The position numbers and the translations under genes are program-made. DNA of 64,000 nt from Gemmatimonadota bacterium. Its GTDB lineage: Bacteria; Gemmatimonadota; Gemmatimonadetes; Gemmatimonadales; GWC2-71-9. Every line of letters begins with the position of its first letter. Positions within the stretch are counted from its first letter, which is position 1. Positions 20,559 to 30,979 of this stretch are shown here, one piece after another. The DNA lies in the NCBI GenBank assembly GCA_039588295.1, contig JBDHAB010000008.1, positions 1-64,000 of the forward strand, given 5' to 3'. The notes beneath the pieces were generated by a model. That model searched no databases. It was given only the letters and a program-made list of their open reading frames with translations, and was not told the origin of the DNA.

Positions 20559-21893
20559 ATGGCTGATACCGCGTTGATGGACAAACTCGTCTCGCTCGCA
20601 AAGCGTAGGGGCTACGTCTTCCAGTCATCCGAGATCTATGGCGGCCTTGGCTCAGTCTGGGATTACGGCCCTCTTGGCGTGGAGCTCAAGAGAAACCTCA
20701 AGGAGCGCTGGTGGCGCTCGATGGTGCACGAACGGCCCGACATCGAGGGGGTCGACGCCGCGATTCTGATGCATCCCCGTGTCTGGGAGGCGTCCGGACA
20801 CGTGGCCGGGTTCACGGATCCCCTGGTCGACTGCAAGATCTGCAAGCACCGCTTCCGGGCGGACGACGCGCGTTTCAAGGGCGAGCCCGGGATGCCAGAT
20901 ACCCGCTGTCCCGTGTGCGGGAATGCGGGCTGCCTCACGGCTCCGCGAATGTTCAATCTGATGTTCAAGACGTTCATGGGCGCGGTGGAGGACGCGGCGT
21001 CCGTGGTATATCTCCGACCCGAGACGGCGCAAGGCATCTACGTCAACTATCTGAACGTGATGCAGGCGGCCCGCCAAAAGATCCCGTTTGGCATTGCGCA
21101 GGTTGGGAAGGCGTTCCGCAACGAGATCACGCCGGGGAATTTCATTTTCCGCACGCGCGAGTTCGAGCAGATGGAGATGCAGTACTTCGTGAAACCAGGC
21201 CAAGACGAGAGCTGCTTCGACGAGTGGAAGGCCGCCCGGATGGAGTGGCACCAGAGTTTGGGAATCGATCCTCAGAAACTCCGGTTCCATGAGCACGACG
21301 AAGACGAGCTGGCGCACTATGCGAAGGCAGCATTCGATATCGAGTACGAGTTCCCCTTTGGCTGGCAGGAATTCGAGGGCATTCACAACCGCACGGATTT
21401 CGATCTCAGTCGCCATCAGGAATCTTCGGGCAAGAAGCTCGAGTACGTGGATACGGTGAATCACGAGCGGTTCGTGCCCTACATCATCGAGACCTCGCTT
21501 GGCGCCGACCGGCTGGCCCTCGTGGTGCTGGTCGACGCCTATCGCGAGGAATCGGTCGCGGGAGAGCAGCGGGTGGTGCTCGGCCTCGCACCTGCGCTTG
21601 CCCCGATCAAGGCCGGGGTGTTTCCCCTCGTCAAGAAGGACGGCATGCCCGAGTTCGCACGCCGTGTCTTCGACGATCTCCGGTGTCGCTTCCCGCTCTT
21701 CTATGATGATGGCGGCTCCATTGGGCGCCGATACCGCCGTCAGGACGAAGCGGGGACACCGTTCGGGATTACGGTCGACGGTCAGACCATCGAGGATCAG
21801 ACCGTAACCGTGCGCGATCGCGACACGCTTGCCCAGGAGCGTGTGCATGCCGAGCGCCTCGGCGCCTACATCGAGGACCGGCTGCGCCCGTGA
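20559..21893 (+). CDS. glyQS: Glycine--tRNA ligase, alpha2 dimeric type
   Basis: [51 protein letters not shown]. Confidence 0.97.
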   Translation: MADTALMDKLVSLAKRRGYVFQSSEIYGGLGSVWDYGPLGVELKRNLKERWWRSMVHERPDIEGVDAAILMHPRVWEASGHVAGFTDPLVDCKICKHRFRADDARFKGEPGMPDTRCPVCGNAGCLTAPRMFNLMFKTFMGAVEDAASVVYLRPETAQGIYVNYLNVMQAARQKIPFGIAQVGKAFRNEITPGNFIFRTREFEQMEMQYFVKPGQDESCFDEWKAARMEWHQSLGIDPQKLRFHEHDEDELAHYAKAAFDIEYEFPFGWQEFEGIHNRTDFDLSRHQESSGKKLEYVDTVNHERFVPYIIETSLGADRLALVVLVDAYREESVAGEQRVVLGLAPALAPIKAGVFPLVKKDGMPEFARRVFDDLRCRFPLFYDDGGSIGRRYRRQDEAGTPFGITVDGQTIEDQTVTVRDRDTLAQERVHAERLGAYIEDRLRP

Positions 21894-23347
21894 CCCTTGA
21901 GGCGTTACTCGCGCTGGGCGAGGTGATGCATGAGGAGCTTGGGCGCGAGTACTACGAAACCGGCGCCGGTCTGAAGAGTACCCCCGAGTTTCAAGCCATC
22001 TACGAACGACACGCCGCCGCCGCCGGCGACAGCGCGCTGGAAACCGCCCGCGCGAGTGGTTCGGCCGCCCTGTTCGAGTGGGTCGTCGACATACGGATCG
22101 GTCGTGCGGTTGCGCCACTGGAGGAGCGGCAGCTCGTCTGGGAACAGGCGACGATGCTGCAGGTCGACAACCGCAGCATCAGGTTCCTTCGTGCACCGAT
22201 CGAGCTGGCAAACTCCGCGGACCGGACGTTTCGCACTGCGCTGGACGGAGAGCGTTCGCGCGTTGGCGCCGAGGGACTGAACGGGCTGCGACAGGAACGC
22301 TTTCAACTCGAGCACCAGATGGTCGAGAGTCTCGGGTTGGGCGGATACGTCGCGGCACTGAGCGCGCTGACCGGGATCGACTTGGTCGGGTTGGGGGAGG
22401 ACGCCCGGACGTTCTTGGACTCGACCGCCGACATGTATGCCCAGACGCTGGCGGATCTCGCCAAGCGCCGGCTCGGCGTCTCGACCGACGAGCTGGTGCG
22501 TGCCGACGCCGCGTGGCTGTTTCGCGCCGATGGGTTCGACGCCGTGTTCTCCTCCGACCGGCTGCTCGCCACCGCGGCCGGGCAGATGGCCGAGATGGGG
22601 CTCGATCATACCGTATCCGGGAGGGTGCGCTTTGACACGGGTGAGCGCGAGGGCAAGCAGCCCCGCGCGTTTTGTGTTCCGGTGCGCGTTCCGGATGAGG
22701 TCTACCTCGTCCTGCGGCCGCGGGGCGGGCACAGCGACTATCGCACATTCTGGCACGAGCTCGGTCATGCGATGCACTTCGCCAACGTCGACCCCGAGTT
22801 GGATTTCACGGCGCGGTGGTTGGGTGACAATTCGGTGACCGAGGGGTTTGCCATGCTGTGGGACCACCTGACGTTGGATCGCGGCTGGATTCAACGTTAC
22901 ACCGACCTGTCACACGACGCCGCCCGTGAGCTCGTGTTCGAACTTGCCGTCGCGGAGCTGTTTCTCGCTCGACGGTATGCCGCCAAGCTGCTGTACGAAC
23001 TCGAGCTCCATGAGAGTGATTTCCAGTCGGTGGCGAGCCTGTACGCGGAGCTCCTGTCAGACGCAACCCTGTTTCGGTATACGGAGGACGACTTTCTCCT
23101 CGATGTCGATCCCGGCTTCTACGCGGCTCGCTATCTTCGCGCGTGGCAATTGGAAGCGCTGATGTCTCGGACGCTGGTCGAGCGGTATGATATCGACTGG
23201 TATCGCAATGCCAGGGCCGGTGAGGCCGTCCGCGACCTCATGAGTCGCGGACAGGCCGATCCTGCCGAGCGGATTGCGGAGAGCGTTCTGGGAACGCCGC
23301 TTTCGTTTGAGCGGGTCGTGGGTCGCGTGACCGAGTCGCTCGCGTGA
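21890..23347 (+). CDS. Gluzincin (M3/M32-like) metallopeptidase
   Basis: HELGH followed by TEGFA third ligand; KQPRAFC. Confidence 0.7.
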   Translation: MTLEALLALGEVMHEELGREYYETGAGLKSTPEFQAIYERHAAAAGDSALETARASGSAALFEWVVDIRIGRAVAPLEERQLVWEQATMLQVDNRSIRFLRAPIELANSADRTFRTALDGERSRVGAEGLNGLRQERFQLEHQMVESLGLGGYVAALSALTGIDLVGLGEDARTFLDSTADMYAQTLADLAKRRLGVSTDELVRADAAWLFRADGFDAVFSSDRLLATAAGQMAEMGLDHTVSGRVRFDTGEREGKQPRAFCVPVRVPDEVYLVLRPRGGHSDYRTFWHELGHAMHFANVDPELDFTARWLGDNSVTEGFAMLWDHLTLDRGWIQRYTDLSHDAARELVFELAVAELFLARRYAAKLLYELELHESDFQSVASLYAELLSDATLFRYTEDDFLLDVDPGFYAARYLRAWQLEALMSRTLVERYDIDWYRNARAGEAVRDLMSRGQADPAERIAESVLGTPLSFERVVGRVTESLA

Positions 23348-23356
23348 GGTACCGAC

Positions 23357-24925
23357 GTGGCTCGTAGTCGCGACACGTTCTCTTCGCGATGGCTCATGCT
23401 GCTCGTCATGCTGGGCATGGCGGTTGGGACCGGAAACATCTGGCGGTTCCCCCGCATCGCAGCGCAGAATGGGGGCGGCGAGTTCATCGTTGCGTGGCTG
23501 GTGTTTCTCTTCCTGTGGTCGATTCCCCTGATCCTCGTGGAGTTCGGTGTGGGGAGGATGGCGCGTTCGGGACCCGTCGGAGCCTTCCTTCGTCTGATGG
23601 GACCTCGCTGGGCCTGGATGGGAGCGTTCATCGCCTTCGTAGCTACCGCGATCATGTTCTATTACTCGGTCGTGGCGGGATGGACCCTGCGCTACGTGTT
23701 GGCTTCCGTCACATCGGAAATCCCGCGGTCGGAACCAGGTGCCTTCTGGGAATCGTACACGGCATCGTGGTGGCCGGTGGTCACGCACGGGATCGCCATC
23801 GGATGTGGGACCCTGGTTGTCGCGCGCGGGGTTCGGGCCATCGAGCGGGTGGCCCGAGTGCTGATGCCGGCGCTGATCGTGCTCGTACTCGTGCTCGCCG
23901 TCCGGGCCGTCACCCTGCCGGGATCCGCTGATGGACTCAGCTACCTGTTCACGGTGGATTGGGGTCGTCTAGGTGACGCTCGCATTTGGATCGAAGCGCT
24001 GACGCAGAACGCGTGGGACACCGGCGCGGGCTGGGGGCTCATTGTCGCGTACGCCGCATACCTGCGTGCTCAAGAGGACACGGCGCTCAACGCCTTCATG
24101 CTTCCCGCCGCTAACAACGCCGTCTCGTTGCTCGCGGGCATCATGGTGTTGTGCACTGTGTTCTCCGTGGTGCCACAGCTGGTCGCCAATCTGGCAGCCG
24201 ATCCCGGGGCGTTGCGCGCCTATCCTGCGCTCGCGGAGGCCGTGAGTGGTGGCGCTGCGCTGACGCCCGGGCTGATCCAGGACACGATCTTCAGCACGGG
24301 GAACGAGGGGCTGACCTTCATCTGGATGCCGCAGCTCTTCGCCAGCCTGCCGGCAGGCCGCGTGTTCATGGTGTTGTTCTTCGTGGCCCTCGCGTTCGCC
24401 GCATTCACGAGTCTGATCGCGATGATCGAACTCGCGACGAGAGTGATGCACGACGCCGGCATGCCGCGCGCGCGCGCGATTCGGGTCGTGGGCGTAGGTG
24501 GGTTTCTCCTGGGGTTGCCCTCCGCGTTGTCGCTGCGGTTCTTGCACAACCAGGATTTCGTGTGGGGTGTCGCGCTGATGGTGTCGGGCTTGTTCTTTGC
24601 CGTGGGCATTATCACCTACGGTGTGCGACGGTTCCGCGCCGAACAGCTCAATCACGAGCATTCCGACATTCGTGTGGGACGATGGTGGGACATCGTGATC
24701 GGAGTCGTAGTCCCACTGGAGGCACTCGTGCTCCTGGGCTGGTGGTTCTATCAAGTGCGAGGGCAGGACCTGCCGGGATGGCTGGACCCACTTCGCGAGG
24801 TCAACGTCGGGACCATGGTCATGCAGTGGGGCGTCGTTCTCCTGGTGCTGCTGCTTGCCAACCGCTGGATGGCACAGCGCACGTCCCGGACCGTCGCGGC
24901 GCGCGGCGGAACCGGCCAACCGTGA
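23357..24925 (+). CDS. Sodium-dependent transporter, NSS/SNF family
   Basis: GMAVGTGNIWRFP, NGGG, multiple TM helices. Confidence 0.93.
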   Translation: MARSRDTFSSRWLMLLVMLGMAVGTGNIWRFPRIAAQNGGGEFIVAWLVFLFLWSIPLILVEFGVGRMARSGPVGAFLRLMGPRWAWMGAFIAFVATAIMFYYSVVAGWTLRYVLASVTSEIPRSEPGAFWESYTASWWPVVTHGIAIGCGTLVVARGVRAIERVARVLMPALIVLVLVLAVRAVTLPGSADGLSYLFTVDWGRLGDARIWIEALTQNAWDTGAGWGLIVAYAAYLRAQEDTALNAFMLPAANNAVSLLAGIMVLCTVFSVVPQLVANLAADPGALRAYPALAEAVSGGAALTPGLIQDTIFSTGNEGLTFIWMPQLFASLPAGRVFMVLFFVALAFAAFTSLIAMIELATRVMHDAGMPRARAIRVVGVGGFLLGLPSALSLRFLHNQDFVWGVALMVSGLFFAVGIITYGVRRFRAEQLNHEHSDIRVGRWWDIVIGVVVPLEALVLLGWWFYQVRGQDLPGWLDPLREVNVGTMVMQWGVVLLVLLLANRWMAQRTSRTVAARGGTGQP

Positions 24926-24939
24926 CGACGTAGACCGCG

Positions 24940-25647
24940 ATGTCCACGGTCGGGCTGCGCACGGTGGAACTCGGGACCTTTCGATCGCTCGTCGAACAGC
25001 TCAGTGCCGAGATCCCATCGCACTACCTCGATGGCGTCGCGGCGATCGACGTGAGCCCACGAACCGTTCCACAGGCCGCGAGGCAGTCGGTGTACACGTT
25101 GGGAGAGTGCATTCCGATCTACACCGGAACGGATGAGATCGTGTCGCGAGTGGTCTTGTATTACGGGTCGTTCCGGGCACTTGCAGCGGAGCACGATACA
25201 TTCGACTGGCGACGAGAGGCTCGTGACACGCTGTACCATGAGGTGCAACACCACTTGGAATGGCGGGCGGATTCCTCTCGACTGGAGGAGTACGATTGGG
25301 CCGTCGACCAAAACCAGCGTCGCACTGGTGGTGAGCCGTACGACGCCCTCTTCTATCAGGCCGGTCAACTGATCGACCGAGCCGTGTATCGAGTAGAGGA
25401 CGATCTCTTCATTGAGCGGGAAGTCCGTAAGATCCCCACCGAGACTGATGTGACGTGGAGGGGCGCTCGCTACCGAGTCGCGGTCCCTCGCTCCCCTCTG
25501 CCCATGTATCTCCAGCTCGACGGGCTCGACGAACCGATCGCCGACCAGGTCTATCTCGTGCTTCGGCGCACGGCGCGGCTCTGGGATCTCTTTCGTGCAC
25601 GTCGTCGAGCGACGGAACACCGGGTTCGTGTCGTCCCAATCGGGTGA
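24940..25647 (+). CDS. Zincin-like metallopeptidase family protein
   Basis: VVLYYGSF..LA and TLYHEVQHH (HExxH). Confidence 0.7.
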   Translation: MSTVGLRTVELGTFRSLVEQLSAEIPSHYLDGVAAIDVSPRTVPQAARQSVYTLGECIPIYTGTDEIVSRVVLYYGSFRALAAEHDTFDWRREARDTLYHEVQHHLEWRADSSRLEEYDWAVDQNQRRTGGEPYDALFYQAGQLIDRAVYRVEDDLFIEREVRKIPTETDVTWRGARYRVAVPRSPLPMYLQLDGLDEPIADQVYLVLRRTARLWDLFRARRRATEHRVRVVPIG

Positions 25648-25942
25648 GCGTACGGCGCTCCTGGTCACCGCTGACCTGTTCTTTCGCGCGAAGATCGAGG
25701 CGGTACTTGTGCGGGGTGGCTACCGTGTTGCCCGGTCCGGTCCAGCCGAACTGGCCGTCGTCGAGTTGGGCACTCCTGAGGCGCTCGGGCGCGTCCGGGA
25801 TCTTGTGCAAGCCGGGGTCCGCGTCATCGCGTTTGGGTCTCACGTTCGGGTCGATCTGTTGCGTGAGGCGCGTGCCGCCGGAGCCGAGGCCGTTCCCAAT
25901 TCCGAGATCGAGAGCACCGTGGGCCGGGTGGTCGGTCGCTAG
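25628..25942 (+). CDS. Small receiver-like (pseudo-REC) protein
   Basis: ADLFFRAKI...VVEL...VIAFGSHV...ARAAGA resembles the CheY-like fold; start uncertain. Confidence 0.55.
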   Translation: MSSQSGERTALLVTADLFFRAKIEAVLVRGGYRVARSGPAELAVVELGTPEALGRVRDLVQAGVRVIAFGSHVRVDLLREARAAGAEAVPNSEIESTVGRVVGR

Positions 25943-26045
25943 CTCGTCGCGACCCTCGGCCCTGGCGTGACCCGGACGCGCCAACGGTTATCTTTGAGGC
26001 ACCCGAGGTGAATGTGAATCGTGTCATCGTGGTAGTGAGAGCCTT

Positions 26046-26312
26046 ATGACGCACGAAATGGTAACCTCGCTCCCGCCTCAGGAGGTGTTGAACCGGGCGA
26101 GAGCCTTCTTCGCCGAGCGCGCACCGCACAATGCAGCCTTCCTGGAAAAGCAGGGTGCACGGTTTGCGACGTTTCGGGGACAGGGTGGGGAAGAACTCAC
26201 TGTGGCAGTGTTCGAGGCGGAGAGAGGGACTAAGGTGAGGGCATCCACGTTGTTCTTCGATCAGGTGATCGGTCGCTTCTTCTCGACGCTGCCACTGAGG
26301 AGGGAGGCGTGA
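26046..26312 (+). CDS. Hypothetical protein (88 aa)
   Basis: Clean ORF, GTGA overlap with next gene, TATCTT -10-like element at 25989-25994. Confidence 0.7.
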   Translation: MTHEMVTSLPPQEVLNRARAFFAERAPHNAAFLEKQGARFATFRGQGGEELTVAVFEAERGTKVRASTLFFDQVIGRFFSTLPLRREA

Positions 26313-26584
26313 CCGTGCCCGTCGCGACCGATCTGCACGTCCGGGTGTGGGTTCCGGCGGTGTGGGACATCGTGCCACTCAAGGTCTCATCCGACTGGAC
26401 GGTGGCACGGCTCAAGGAGACGGCGCTGCGCGCCGCCACCGGCCGCCAGCCAGACCTCGCAGACTTCGAGGTGAAGTACCGCGGTGGCCAGATTCTGGAC
26501 GAGGATGCGACCTTGGCCGGTCTGGAGGTGCCCAATGATGCCGCATTCATTGTGCTGCGCTCACGGCGGCAGCCCGTGCGTTGA
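26309..26584 (+). CDS. Ubiquitin-like (beta-grasp, YukD/EsaB-like) small protein
   Basis: DWTVARLKETAL...VKYRGGQILDEDATLAGLEV pattern typical of Ubl folds; GGAGG SD. Confidence 0.65.
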   Translation: MTVPVATDLHVRVWVPAVWDIVPLKVSSDWTVARLKETALRAATGRQPDLADFEVKYRGGQILDEDATLAGLEVPNDAAFIVLRSRRQPVR

Positions 26585-26699
26585 ACCCGGTCCGCGGTGC
26601 GCATCCGGTACTTGCTGGAGATCGCCCGCGTGACCGAGGACACCGCAGTTCAGACGCTGCGACGACCGTAGCCGGACGCATCGTTCCCGCTCCGCCATC

Positions 26700-27599
26700 A
26701 TGGCCATTCACATTGTTTGGCATCCGTCGTCGCTGGCCCACGAGGCCGGGCCCGGCCACCCTGAATCGCGCGCCAGGCTCGAGGCAATCCTGCACGCACT
26801 GCGGGCCTGGTCGGGTCCCGCCCCGTTGGCGTGGCACGAGGCGGCACGGGCTGAGGAGCAGGCAGTGGAGCGCGTGCACCCGCAAAGCCATCTTCAGCGG
26901 CTCGCCGAAGTGTCCGCCCGAGGGGGCGGATTCCTGGATGCGGACACGGGCATGAACCGCCACAGTGCCGATGCGGCATGGCACGCCGCGGGGGCCGCGG
27001 TGGGGGCGGTGCGGCTCGCCCTGGGTGATGGCGCAGCCTTCGCGCCCGTGCGTCCTCCGGGTCACCACGCCACTGCGGAGCGGGCCATGGGATTCTGCCT
27101 GCTCAATAACGTCGTCGTGGCGGCTCGGGTCGCACTGGAGGAGGAAGGGCTGGCGCGGGTGCTCATCGTGGACTGGGACGTGCACCATGGGAACGGCACG
27201 CAGGCGCTGATCGAGCAGGATCCGCGCGTGCGATACGTGTCCATGCATCAATGGCCGCTCTATCCGGGGACCGGTCACGCTGATGAGCGGGGGGTGGGGA
27301 ATGTCTTCAACGTGCCGCGCCCGGCGGGCCTGCCGCGGACGCAGTACGTTGCGGATCTGAATGACGCGGTGGCCCGGGCAACGGACGGGTGGGCTCCCGA
27401 GCTCCTCATCATCTCGGCGGGCTTCGACGCCATGTCTGGCGACCCGCTGGCGGGGTTCACGCTCGAACCAGAGGACTACGGCTCATGGGTATCCGACTGG
27501 AGGGGACTCGGCGTCCCGATCGCCTCCGTTCTGGAAGGTGGCTACGTGCCGGATCGGGTCGCCGCAGCGGCCGCTGCGCACCTCGGGCCCCTGGGGTAG
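26700..27599 (+). CDS. Histone deacetylase family amidohydrolase
   Basis: HPES, RPPGHHA, GFC, DWDVHHGNGTQ, SAGFD, LEGGY. Confidence 0.95.
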   Translation: MAIHIVWHPSSLAHEAGPGHPESRARLEAILHALRAWSGPAPLAWHEAARAEEQAVERVHPQSHLQRLAEVSARGGGFLDADTGMNRHSADAAWHAAGAAVGAVRLALGDGAAFAPVRPPGHHATAERAMGFCLLNNVVVAARVALEEEGLARVLIVDWDVHHGNGTQALIEQDPRVRYVSMHQWPLYPGTGHADERGVGNVFNVPRPAGLPRTQYVADLNDAVARATDGWAPELLIISAGFDAMSGDPLAGFTLEPEDYGSWVSDWRGLGVPIASVLEGGYVPDRVAAAAAAHLGPLG

Positions 27600-27673
27600 T
27601 GTCTTGCCCGCCGACGAGGCCGGTTCGGCCCGCCGACGGTAGCGTCGGCAGGATTGGGCGGTAACTTCACCGC

Positions 27674-28414
27674 ATGCCCCGGAGGCTCTCGTCCAGCCAA
27701 CTGATGGCCGTCGTGCAGCCGTGGGCCGAGGTGGCGGAGCCTATCCACCGCCGCGTCGCGCAGCTCGTGGATGCGGAATCGGGGCAGGAGGTTCTGTGGG
27801 TCGGCTGCGGGTCGGGCCGATCCGTGCTCTGGTGGACCGGGCGCTTCCAGACGCATGTCGTCGGAGTCGATCCCGATCACGACGCCATAGAATCTGCCGA
27901 GCGCGCTGCGCGGGATGTGGGACTGAGCAGTCTCGCGACCTTCCAGACCGCCGAGCCAGCCGATCTTCCCCATGAGTCCGAAGTCTTCGACGTCACCATC
28001 GTCAACATGTTGTATCTGCCGGGGGCTGACGGCGAGTCGGTGATGCGAGAGGCAGGACGGGTTGCTCGACCCATGAGTACCATTGCCGCGCTGGTACCGT
28101 CCTGGCTCAGCACACCGGATCCGGAGGACGTGCGGCTGCTTGAGTCGATCGGGATCCGAGCGCGGCTTCTCATGGAATGGAAGAGCTTCTTCCGGCTTGG
28201 GGGTATCGTGGAGCTGAGCGTGGAGGACGCGGCCCAGGACGGTGGCTGGCTCGGAAGAGGGCGTCTGCGGCTGTTGGTGCGGGGCTGGCGTGCCGCCGGC
28301 TGGGCGGGCGTCCGGATGGTGCTCGGCCGCGAATTCAAGGTCCTCCGCGCTCTGGCAGAACGCCGCGTACTGGGCCTCTCCCTGGTGAAGGGAACACGTT
28401 GGCCGCACGCATGA
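27674..28414 (+). CDS. Class I SAM-dependent methyltransferase
   Basis: VLWVGCGSG motif I, GVDP, FDV, RVARP. Confidence 0.8.
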   Translation: MPRRLSSSQLMAVVQPWAEVAEPIHRRVAQLVDAESGQEVLWVGCGSGRSVLWWTGRFQTHVVGVDPDHDAIESAERAARDVGLSSLATFQTAEPADLPHESEVFDVTIVNMLYLPGADGESVMREAGRVARPMSTIAALVPSWLSTPDPEDVRLLESIGIRARLLMEWKSFFRLGGIVELSVEDAAQDGGWLGRGRLRLLVRGWRAAGWAGVRMVLGREFKVLRALAERRVLGLSLVKGTRWPHA

Positions 28415-30831
28415 TCCCCTCGACCTGTGTGGTCGCGCTTCCCATTCCAAGCACCAAACCGTACAACTACGCGATCCCCCCACCGCTGGCTGACCGGGTA
28501 GCACCAGGCACGCGTGTCGTGGTCCCGGTCCGCTCACGCGAACTCGTTGGAGTCGTGCTGGAGGTTACCGCCGAGCCAGTTGAAGCACTGCGCAACGTCT
28601 TGCTGGTGCCTGACGGCGCCGAGCCGGCGGTGTCCCTACGACTCCTCGGGCTCGCGGAGTGGATCGCTCGGTACTACGCGGCCCCGATCGGTCTTGTGCT
28701 GAAGACGATGCTTCCCTCCGCCCTGTGGGGTGCTTCGCGGCTCATCGTGCGTCTCGAAGATCCGGCGTGCGCAGCGGGTGGCACCAGCCGTCTGGTAGTG
28801 GAGGCGCTGGACGCTGCCGGTGGCACTGCTGCCGCGGGCACGCTGCGCCGCAAGCTGCGCCGTCCGGTGTGGGACGTTCTCCAGCGCCTGGCACGGGTCG
28901 GCGCCGTCACGCTCGAGACCGCGCCCCCCGACTTGGGCCCATCCACTCGGACCGAACGGGTGCTCGTGCTCACCCGGCTCCTGCCGACCCTGATCGAGCG
29001 TGAACGACTCTTCGGTCGAGCAGTGCGCCAACGAGAGGCTTACGAGGCGACGGATGCCGTGGGCGGGGAGCTGCCCGTCCGTCATCTCACGGCACAGTTA
29101 GGATTCTCGTCCACGGTGATTCGCGGTCTCGTACACCGTGAGGTGGCGCGTATCGATGAGCGGGAGCGCCCTCGCGATCCGTTCAGCGACGTGGCGGGCG
29201 TGCCGGCGGCCGTGCCGACCGAGGCGCAGCGGGGGGCCGTTGCCGCCGTGCGCGCGCTCCCGCGCGGAGGCGCACTCACCCTGTTTGGCGTGACCGGGAG
29301 CGGCAAGACCCTGGTCTACCTGGAGGCGCTTCGAGAGGACGTCCAAGCCGGTCGGGGGGTGATCGTGCTGGTTCCCGAGATCGCGCTCACCCCACAGACG
29401 GTGGCCCGCGTCCGGGGGGTGTTCGGCGACCAGGTTGCGGTCCTGCACAGCGCACTGTCGGACGGCGAGCGGGTCGACGCGTGGTGGGCCCTCGCACGCG
29501 GGGAGAAACGGGTTGCCGTCGGCGCCCGGTCCGCGGTTTTTGCCCCGGTCCGCGAGCTTGCCGCCATCATTGTCGACGAGGAGCACGACGCGAGCTACAA
29601 GCAGGGGGAAGTACCGCGGTATCACGCGCGCGACGTGGCCCTGCGGCGGAGCAAGATCGAGCGTGCACGCGTGGTGTTGGGCAGCGCCACACCCGCCCTC
29701 GAGACATGGGCGAGGCGGGATCGGATTCCGGTGGTCTCGCTTCCGGTTCGCATCGGCGCCCGTCCACTTCCGGCCGTGAGCCTCGTAGATATGCGATCGG
29801 AGTCCCGTGTGCGCGAAGCGGGACCTGTGCCGTGGTCCAAGCCGCTCGACACCGCGGTGCGAACCTCGTTGGCGGCAGGCGATCAGGTGATGCTGTTGCT
29901 GAACCGGCGGGGCTTTGCGCACTTCCTCCAGTGCCACGAATGCGGTCACGTGTGGGAGTGCCCGTCCTGTACGATTTCCCTGACGGTGCACCGCAGTCCG
30001 CCGGGGCTGCGGTGCCACTACTGCGGGCACGACGCACCGATTCCGAGTCGCTGTCCTGACTGTGGGGCCGCCGCCCATCGGTCACGCGGAGTGGGGACGC
30101 AGTCGTTGGAGCGATGGCTGGCGGAGCGGTTTCCCTCCGCGAGACTCGCGCGCATGGACGCCGACACGACCAGTGGCAAGTGGTCCCACAGCCGAATCCT
30201 GGATGCGGTGGGGCGACGGGATGTGGATATCCTGTTCGGTACGCAGATGATCGCAAAAGGCCTGGATTTCCCAGGCGTCACGCTCGTCGGTGTGGTAGAT
30301 GCCGACACGGCGCTGCACCTTCCCGATTTTCGTTCGGCCGAGCGGACATTCCAGTTGATCGCGCAGGTGGCCGGACGCGCCGGACGAGGTCCGCGTGGTG
30401 GTCGCGTCCTGGTGCAGACGCACACACCCGGGCACTGGGCCTTGCAGGCGGCGGCGTCCCACGATTATGAAGCGTTTGCGGACCACGAGTACCGTCTGCG
30501 GCGCACGCCGGCTTATCCACCGCATGTGGCGCTCGTCAACGTGCTCGTGAGTGGGACCGACGAGCAACGGGTTGCCGAGAGCGCAGTCGAGCTCGCGGGT
30601 TGGCTCGAGCGGCTCATCGGCGCGCGCGCCTCTGGGACCGTGAGTGTGGTGGGGCCGGCCCCGGCACCCCTCGCCCGCATCAAGGGGCGGTGGCGGTGGC
30701 ACCTTTTGTTGCGAAGCGCAGATCGGACCATGCTTGGCCGTGTGACCCGCTATGCGTCAGAGCGGGCACCGCGTGCTGGACGCGGCGGGGTGCGCGTGGT
30801 GTTCGACCGCGACCCGGTGTCGCTGCTGTGA
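28411..30831 (+). CDS. priA: Primosomal protein N'
   Basis: GVTGSGKT, VPEIALTPQ, DEEHD, LLNRRG, Cys-rich region, GTQMIAKGLDFP. Confidence 0.98.
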   Translation: MIPSTCVVALPIPSTKPYNYAIPPPLADRVAPGTRVVVPVRSRELVGVVLEVTAEPVEALRNVLLVPDGAEPAVSLRLLGLAEWIARYYAAPIGLVLKTMLPSALWGASRLIVRLEDPACAAGGTSRLVVEALDAAGGTAAAGTLRRKLRRPVWDVLQRLARVGAVTLETAPPDLGPSTRTERVLVLTRLLPTLIERERLFGRAVRQREAYEATDAVGGELPVRHLTAQLGFSSTVIRGLVHREVARIDERERPRDPFSDVAGVPAAVPTEAQRGAVAAVRALPRGGALTLFGVTGSGKTLVYLEALREDVQAGRGVIVLVPEIALTPQTVARVRGVFGDQVAVLHSALSDGERVDAWWALARGEKRVAVGARSAVFAPVRELAAIIVDEEHDASYKQGEVPRYHARDVALRRSKIERARVVLGSATPALETWARRDRIPVVSLPVRIGARPLPAVSLVDMRSESRVREAGPVPWSKPLDTAVRTSLAAGDQVMLLLNRRGFAHFLQCHECGHVWECPSCTISLTVHRSPPGLRCHYCGHDAPIPSRCPDCGAAAHRSRGVGTQSLERWLAERFPSARLARMDADTTSGKWSHSRILDAVGRRDVDILFGTQMIAKGLDFPGVTLVGVVDADTALHLPDFRSAERTFQLIAQVAGRAGRGPRGGRVLVQTHTPGHWALQAAASHDYEAFADHEYRLRRTPAYPPHVALVNVLVSGTDEQRVAESAVELAGWLERLIGARASGTVSVVGPAPAPLARIKGRWRWHLLLRSADRTMLGRVTRYASERAPRAGRGGVRVVFDRDPVSLL

Positions 30832-30844
30832 TGATCCCGGTCGC

Positions 30845-30873
30845 TTGAAAGGGCCGGGGGCGGCCGGTATCTT
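30845..30873 (+). promoter_or_regulatory. Putative sigma70 promoter
   Basis: TTGAAA-17 nt-TATCTT upstream of the hypothetical/Arg decarboxylase/agmatinase genes. Confidence 0.6.
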
Positions 30874-30979
30874 GCGACCGCCTGTCAGCGGGTTGCGCTG
30901 AACCAGTCCAGCACCGGTGGGGCCTGATGGCGGTGAAGACCGGTGCCGGGGTTCTCGAACGGGTGAGGCTCATCGGGCA

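Noticed and set aside
27600..27660. GCCCGCCGACG direct repeat and small hairpin; also the GGATTAATCC palindrome at 38854-38863
   Set aside because: Short, single occurrences, compatible with chance or weak terminators
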